Source: Candidatus Poribacteria bacterium
Lineage (GTDB): Bacteria > Poribacteria > WGA-4E > WGA-3G
Direction of reading: 5' to 3'
Assembly: GCA_965205025.1 (NCBI GenBank)
Contig: CBDBFU010000004.1
Location: forward strand, 32,001-96,000
DNA: 64,000 nucleotides
Shown: in pieces, positions 58,542-64,000 of the stretch
Layout: every line of letters begins with the position of its first letter
How positions within the stretch are numbered: position 1 is the stretch's first letter
The notes under the pieces: model-generated
Databases searched by the model: none
The model's input: the letters and a program-made list of their open reading frames with translations, nothing else
Told to the model about the DNA's origin: nothing
Made by a program: the position numbers and the translations under genes

Positions 58542-61500
58542 TTAGAAACGTCTCTCCAACAACTGTAAATCAACCCCAAATTCACCTTTTTCATCTCCTT
58601 CCATTCTAATAGACATATTATTCCCAAAAGGCAAAGGATATTCCCCGATGATGTGACGTTGTTTTGGATCAAACCCTGAGGAGATAGTGAATGTGATACC
58701 AGCAAAAGACCTTGAAATAGAATTGCCTGGTGAAAGCAACGCGAGAACATCCGCATCAGTAAATATAACAGTCGTAGAAGAATTTATGGGTTCAGCCCCT
58801 AAATTAACTTTCGCATTACCTATGTCTCCATTTTCGAGTTTGCCTGTAACTGTTGCAGTAATCATTAAATCCGCTATGCTTCCATCACTAAGTACCACAC
58901 CTCGAATTGGATTAGGTGTCATGAGTATAATGTCTAACTCTGGATTAAAGGATTTGTCACTAAGATTTCTGATTGTAGACCCCTCTTGTATCTCAAATAT
59001 CTGTGTTATAATACTAATCTTCCCTCGTAGAATAGAAAGATCCCCCGTAAAAATAGGTGCTTGAATTGCCCCAGTAAGTTGTCCTCGACACTTAATCTCA
59101 ATGTCTGTATGTCCCCCAGTTGATGATAACAGGTGAAATTTGTTAGGGATATCTATACCCAAATCTAAGGTGACATTTCGTATGAATGGCATATAGAACA
59201 ATAGATCTGTATCAGTTACTGTACCTGCGGAGAATGAGTCAAGGAGATCTTCCCAATTCCAATTCTGTTTATATTGCCCCGAATGGATTCTGATATCTCC
59301 ATTAAGCTTTGTGTCTGCAATCATCCCTGTTAAATGTAAATTCTCAGAACTTAACTCAATCTGGTATTTTTCATTTTCAGTAAAGATAGAGTTTTTCATA
59401 CTACCTATAACATCCACACTCTGAACTTGAAACCAATCAGTAATTATATTACCATTTGCTGTGAAGTCTCCACCGTTTAGTTGTCCTTTCATTTCATCAA
59501 ATCTAATACCTTGTTCTGTGAATTCAAAGGTAGATTCAAGATTCTCAAAAAATATAGGAGAACGTGCAATAGATAGTGAATCAATATTAAAGTTGCCATG
59601 TCCAGAAATCTTTGATGCATCTACGTTTCCAGTAATTGTTGCAGTGATATTACCTTCCCCAACGGCAGATTGAACATGAGGATCAATAAGTGGTAATATA
59701 CCGAGTTGATCCATTATTACACTAATTCTTACATCCATTGGATCTGATGAGGGTTCAATTTTTGATTCTATCAGAGATATATTTAAAGGAACACTACCTG
59801 AACAAATAACTCTATTCTTACCAATACGAATTTGTGTTTTCTCTTCTACAATCGTCCAATGTTGGTTGAGAGAATCATAACGAAACTCTCCAGAAAATTC
59901 ATCAATCCCAGCTTGATTTATAGTCAGTCTTTCTCCTTCTAATCTGATAAGAATATTCGGTGCAGCGTATTCACCTGTAATACTAACAGTTGTGGACAAC
60001 ATTCCATTCATTTTATAGAGTTTTGTAAATTCATTAGGTAGGAAATAATTAAGGGTAGAAATATTGAAATTGCTAATCTTTAGATTGGCGAAGATCTCTC
60101 CATACAGATCCAGTCTGCCAAAACAACTTAGAACAAGCGGATTAGTGACTTCATTTGGATTGACAGGAATCGTATTCTCAAGTCTTAACCCTTTCAATCT
60201 GAATGTGCCAGTATTAAGAGTAAATGGAACGGTTTCTGGATTTGTAAATTCATATTGCTGATCTAAATAAAGAAAACCGAATGAAATATGATCGATAGTA
60301 AATTCTGCTTCTGCCTCACGCGAAATAGCATCAAAGTTTACACTTCGAACTATTTTCGGTATTGGAATTTCCTCTCCTTGTTGAAAGAAACTATCAAATG
60401 ATAACATCATTTTAGAAATAGATGTCGTCACCTCACCATTTACTTCCTTGAAGAAATCAGAAGGTAGAACCTTCTGTAAAACAGAACCCAGAGGGTATTT
60501 CGTGAATGATACATCCTCGATGATTAAATGCTTAGGCATTAACCCCTCAAGTTGTAATTCGCCTTTTCGTAGATCGAAATTTCCATCACCCATTTCAAAT
60601 TTACATTGAACTAACTCAATAAGACCTTCACGTGCCTTAAGTTGTAACCTCATCTTTTCCAACACTTGATTTAGTGCTTTCGTCTGAACTTTCCTTGCTT
60701 CTATAAATACATTTCCATCCATATAAGGACTTTGGGTCGTACCATTTAGTGATAATTTAATATCGGTGACTCCATCTGCTTCTGCAAAAATAGTGTCTAT
60801 TCCTGGAAAAAATGTAAGCGGCAATTCATTTCCTGCCAATTGAAGATTTATGGGTAAATCAATAAACCTGTCTCGTATTGAAACTTTTTCTAAATTTAGG
60901 TTGAAGGGAATAAATCCAGTTAGTTTTAGTGAATGTCCATTATTGTTAAGTTCAGATAGTATAGTTATCTGCTTTTCCAAATACTGGATGTTCCCACTCC
61001 ATTGGATAGGTAGATTGGATTGTTTGTGTAATAGGTTTATAAGTGATCCTTGCCAGTTAACATCTATTTTAGGGGTGATAATATTCCCCCCAATACCAAT
61101 GTTAACTTGAGAATTGAGAGTAGGAGAGGTAAGTCTTAGAGGAATTAATGTGGTTATGATACTATCTTTTAATGCTAAATCGATAGGGGTAATATTGGTA
61201 ATTTGGATATTGTGGCTATTTAAAATAAGCTCATGAATCTCGCTGGTCATTGAAATATCATTATAGTTAAATCCGTTACCTGAAATTTTCATACTTCCAC
61301 TGATATTTCCAGTAAGGAGTGAAGAATCTACATTGAAATCCTTGAGAAAATCGGCAATTTCCAACTTCTCAGCAGAAACTGCTAAGGTATAATTGATTTT
61401 CTTATTGTTGATCCTTGAAAATGATGTCTCGCCATCTACCTGGATATTACTTTTCCCAATCTGACCATTGACTAATAAATCATTAATACCAACTAACTCT

Positions 61501-64000
61501 GATCCAATCGTTGCAGTGGCATGTATTTTATCCATTCTGATAGGTTTTTCAAATGTACCAATGTATATAGGATAATCATCAACTGTATGTGAATTAATGT
61601 CAATAATAGGTTCTGCTATACTACCATTAATATTTAGTTGCACTTTAACATTCCCGTTTAAAAATGTCGTATCTCTTGCAGAAAGATGGTTCACTACTTC
61701 ATTAGGTAAAGAGTTTTTCAGGATATTTGAGAAATTAGTTAATCCGATATCATCACCGTTGACATTCAGCTTGAGTTGCGATTTCTCAATGTTTTCTTGA
61801 TTGATTGTTATATCACCATCTACTTGAATGATATTATTCAATAAATCAAATGAGAATGGCAGAATATGTAGTTTATTATTATTATAATTAAACTCACCAT
61901 TAGCATTACTAATCCCAATATCTCCTGAATCAGTATTCCAAACTAAGGAGGGTATTTGCCAACTAACACTCACTATAGGATTGGTCAAAGTGCCTTGCAG
62001 TTTCAGATCATAATATGCTAATCCAGTAATCGGAAGATTTAATTCATTGACGAAAGCATTTAGTGTTAAGTCTTGGTTATGAGATGATACGATGTTAATC
62101 TTTTCAGTTTTTGCATCAATTGTACCTGCGATTTGTAGGAAGGGTTCCCGACCTTGACCTATAGCGAGGGAACTATCAGTGAATGTTATAATATCATCCA
62201 GAATTTCTATTCGAATAGGGTTGGGGTTTGAGAAATGTAATGAATTGTATTGAAGTTCAGTGTCGTTGATAACTATATCAACATCATACGGATATACCCG
62301 TCTTTCTGACTCCTCTTGCTTAGTAGATGCCAACTCAGCAATTGTGCCTTTGATTCTAACTATGCTGTCTGCTGTTCCTGTTATGGATTCGAGGGTAGGA
62401 TGGAAGATCCGTAAAATCGGTGCTGCAGCGATTTTCTTACTTATAGCTGTAAAGTCATAGGGATTGTCTGCACCAACACTCACTGTACCTTCTATATTGG
62501 TCGTATCTTCAAATGCTTTACCAACGAATTTAAAATATCCTGGATCAGTACTTTTCTCAGGTGGCTCTATTAATTTACCATGAACATACCCATCACCGAG
62601 AGGATTATTATTGAATGAAAGATCTGTAATGTGTATTGAAACTTCTGTAGAGGAAACATCTGGTTTTTTATAGAATGAGGTGACATTTACATTCATCATA
62701 CCATTGAATGGAAAATCATCAATACTTGCAGCAACAGCAATCTCAGACATTTTAATTGGATTGTCTTTATTATTCTTTAGACTAAAATCAAACTCACCTG
62801 TCTTAGATACATGTGTATTAAGAGTAACTAATTGATCCCGTGAAGTTATTTGGAAATCTTGGATAGTTAAGGAGGTATCATTAATATCTAATTGAAACTG
62901 CAATGGATCTAACTTAATTTCCCAAGCTACTCCAGATTCAACACTAAATTCTCCTCTACCATCAAGATGTGTAAGAGAATTGTAAAGATTTAACTCACCA
63001 GAGATGATCCCATCTATTGGATAATTATTCTTAAGAAGGATTCTGTTATAGTCTTGATCCAAAACGAGTTTTTCAGCAATTATTCTCATATTGACAGGGA
63101 GTTTCCCTTCCAACTTAACTTCACCCTCAATGGCTATTTTTGTGTCTCCATCAAAACCATTCTTTGTTAAGTATGCGTTTTCAAAATACACAGTACCATT
63201 CTGGTATTGATAATCCCCTGCCAATCGTCCCATTGGAATATAATCATTATCAAAGAAGGCATCTGGTATTTCAATATGTCCTGTAGCAGTCCTATCCTCT
63301 TTGATTTGTGTTGTAATCGTACCAATACCTTTTAGGGGTAATGTATTAGCAATTTCACAGAGCTTACCAAAGTCTACATTACTCAAGACCACCGTTGGAG
63401 TTTTAAGATTCCCATTAATATCAACATCAGATCCGTCTATTTTCCCATCTACCATTATTGCCAATGAATCATCAGATTCTGGTTTGATAGTACAATTTAG
63501 AGATGAATCCTGTAATTTGATAGTCTTAGTCCGAGTTAGTAAACTTGCATCTGATAGTTGTATATTTCCATTAAAATCAAAGTTTCCATTATTAGTATTA
63601 CCGGTTAGTTTTGCTGAACCAGAAATGATCCCAGATTTAATTTGTGGGACTGAAGATGGAATTTCAACCCAAATAGGAATAAGTGGTTTGAGTTGAACAT
63701 CAGATATATCCCAATTGCTCTTATAAGATATTGGATTTTTTACGAAGTGTTGGATTCTTTCGATAATATTCCCTTCAGATGAATTGTCAAATGTCAAACT
63801 ACCCGTGCCAGAAAGATTACCCTCTGCAATCTGTAGACTTAACTCATTAAATGTAATCATTGAATCTTCGTTTAATTCTAATGATGTATCAACAAATATA
63901 TTTGAAATGTCTATCCGTTTTGTGTTGGTTATTAATGGTGTCTTCAGATCTACCCTCTTCTCAATTAGCAATTTCGGTGCTACTACAATAATAGAACCAT
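58542..64000 (-). CDS. tamB: TamB/AsmA-like translocation and assembly protein (5' end outside window)
   Basis: More than 1800 aa of beta-rich sequence with a DUF490-like C-terminus; frame stays open to the window edge; paired with an Omp85 gene. Confidence 0.85.
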   Translation of the reverse strand, partial: GSIIVVAPKLLIEKRVDLKTPLITNTKRIDISNIFVDTSLELNEDSMITFNELSLQIAEGNLSGTGSLTFDNSSEGNIIERIQHFVKNPISYKSNWDISDVQLKPLIPIWVEIPSSVPQIKSGIISGSAKLTGNTNNGNFDFNGNIQLSDASLLTRTKTIKLQDSSLNCTIKPESDDSLAIMVDGKIDGSDVDINGNLKTPTVVLSNVDFGKLCEIANTLPLKGIGTITTQIKEDRTATGHIEIPDAFFDNDYIPMGRLAGDYQYQNGTVYFENAYLTKNGFDGDTKIAIEGEVKLEGKLPVNMRIIAEKLVLDQDYNRILLKNNYPIDGIISGELNLYNSLTHLDGRGEFSVESGVAWEIKLDPLQFQLDINDTSLTIQDFQITSRDQLVTLNTHVSKTGEFDFSLKNNKDNPIKMSEIAVAASIDDFPFNGMMNVNVTSFYKKPDVSSTEVSIHITDLSFNNNPLGDGYVHGKLIEPPEKSTDPGYFKFVGKAFEDTTNIEGTVSVGADNPYDFTAISKKIAAAPILRIFHPTLESITGTADSIVRIKGTIAELASTKQEESERRVYPYDVDIVINDTELQYNSLHFSNPNPIRIEILDDIITFTDSSLAIGQGREPFLQIAGTIDAKTEKINIVSSHNQDLTLNAFVNELNLPITGLAYYDLKLQGTLTNPIVSVSWQIPSLVWNTDSGDIGISNANGEFNYNNNKLHILPFSFDLLNNIIQVDGDITINQENIEKSQLKLNVNGDDIGLTNFSNILKNSLPNEVVNHLSARDTTFLNGNVKVQLNINGSIAEPIIDINSHTVDDYPIYIGTFEKPIRMDKIHATATIGSELVGINDLLVNGQIGKSNIQVDGETSFSRINNKKINYTLAVSAEKLEIADFLKDFNVDSSLLTGNISGSMKISGNGFNYNDISMTSEIHELILNSHNIQITNITPIDLALKDSIITTLIPLRLTSPTLNSQVNIGIGGNIITPKIDVNWQGSLINLLHKQSNLPIQWSGNIQYLEKQITILSELNNNGHSLKLTGFIPFNLNLEKVSIRDRFIDLPINLQLAGNELPLTFFPGIDTIFAEADGVTDIKLSLNGTTQSPYMDGNVFIEARKVQTKALNQVLEKMRLQLKAREGLIELVQCKFEMGDGNFDLRKGELQLEGLMPKHLIIEDVSFTKYPLGSVLQKVLPSDFFKEVNGEVTTSISKMMLSFDSFFQQGEEIPIPKIVRSVNFDAISREAEAEFTIDHISFGFLYLDQQYEFTNPETVPFTLNTGTFRLKGLRLENTIPVNPNEVTNPLVLSCFGRLDLYGEIFANLKISNFNISTLNYFLPNEFTKLYKMNGMLSTTVSITGEYAAPNILIRLEGERLTINQAGIDEFSGEFRYDSLNQHWTIVEEKTQIRIGKNRVICSGSVPLNISLIESKIEPSSDPMDVRISVIMDQLGILPLIDPHVQSAVGEGNITATITGNVDASKISGHGNFNIDSLSIARSPIFFENLESTFEFTEQGIRFDEMKGQLNGGDFTANGNIITDWFQVQSVDVIGSMKNSIFTENEKYQIELSSENLHLTGMIADTKLNGDIRIHSGQYKQNWNWEDLLDSFSAGTVTDTDLLFYMPFIRNVTLDLGIDIPNKFHLLSSTGGHTDIEIKCRGQLTGAIQAPIFTGDLSILRGKISIITQIFEIQEGSTIRNLSDKSFNPELDIILMTPNPIRGVVLSDGSIADLMITATVTGKLENGDIGNAKVNLGAEPINSSTTVIFTDADVLALLSPGNSISRSFAGITFTISSGFDPKQRHIIGEYPLPFGNNMSIRMEGDEKGEFGVDLQLLERRF

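Overview
AT-rich diderm bacterial DNA. A long WD40 protein with a QWNLPxGxKARLGKG N-terminus and exported proteins ending in KLxxxWxxxK suggest Candidatus Poribacteria (inference). Blocks: (1) 1-5.3 kb, GH3 beta-N-acetylhexosaminidase, WD40 and hypothetical proteins. (2) 5.5-26.2 kb, an iron/heme cluster with four Fur-box-like palindromes: porin, imelysin, di-heme oxidoreductase, two TonB-dependent receptors, DUF4856, IsdG-like monooxygenase, two HmuY, HmuTUV and a ferritin-like protein. (3) 26-29 kb, lipoprotein, XylF and a CsgG/FlgT-like protein. (4) About 29.5-45.3 kb, a defence island: nuclease-STAND (Avs-like) gene, a sense/antisense RNA module, and a type III R-M system split by an IS4 element with an 18-20 bp target duplication. 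(5) 45-64 kb, TAXI receptor, enolase-superfamily enzyme, LamG protein, a beta-barrel, DUF6807 plus ABC transporter, and TamA/TamB. The top observation is missed by the ORF track. The beta-barrel gene at 49359-50429 (-) has an RBS and signal peptide, then two in-frame TGA codons spaced U-x-x-U and a GC-rich hairpin. It is a candidate di-selenocysteine, His-rich outer-membrane protein. Five single-base frameshifts in short homopolymers look like sequencing errors. Many REP/MITE-like elements fill the intergenic spaces. No rRNA, tRNA or CRISPR array was seen.
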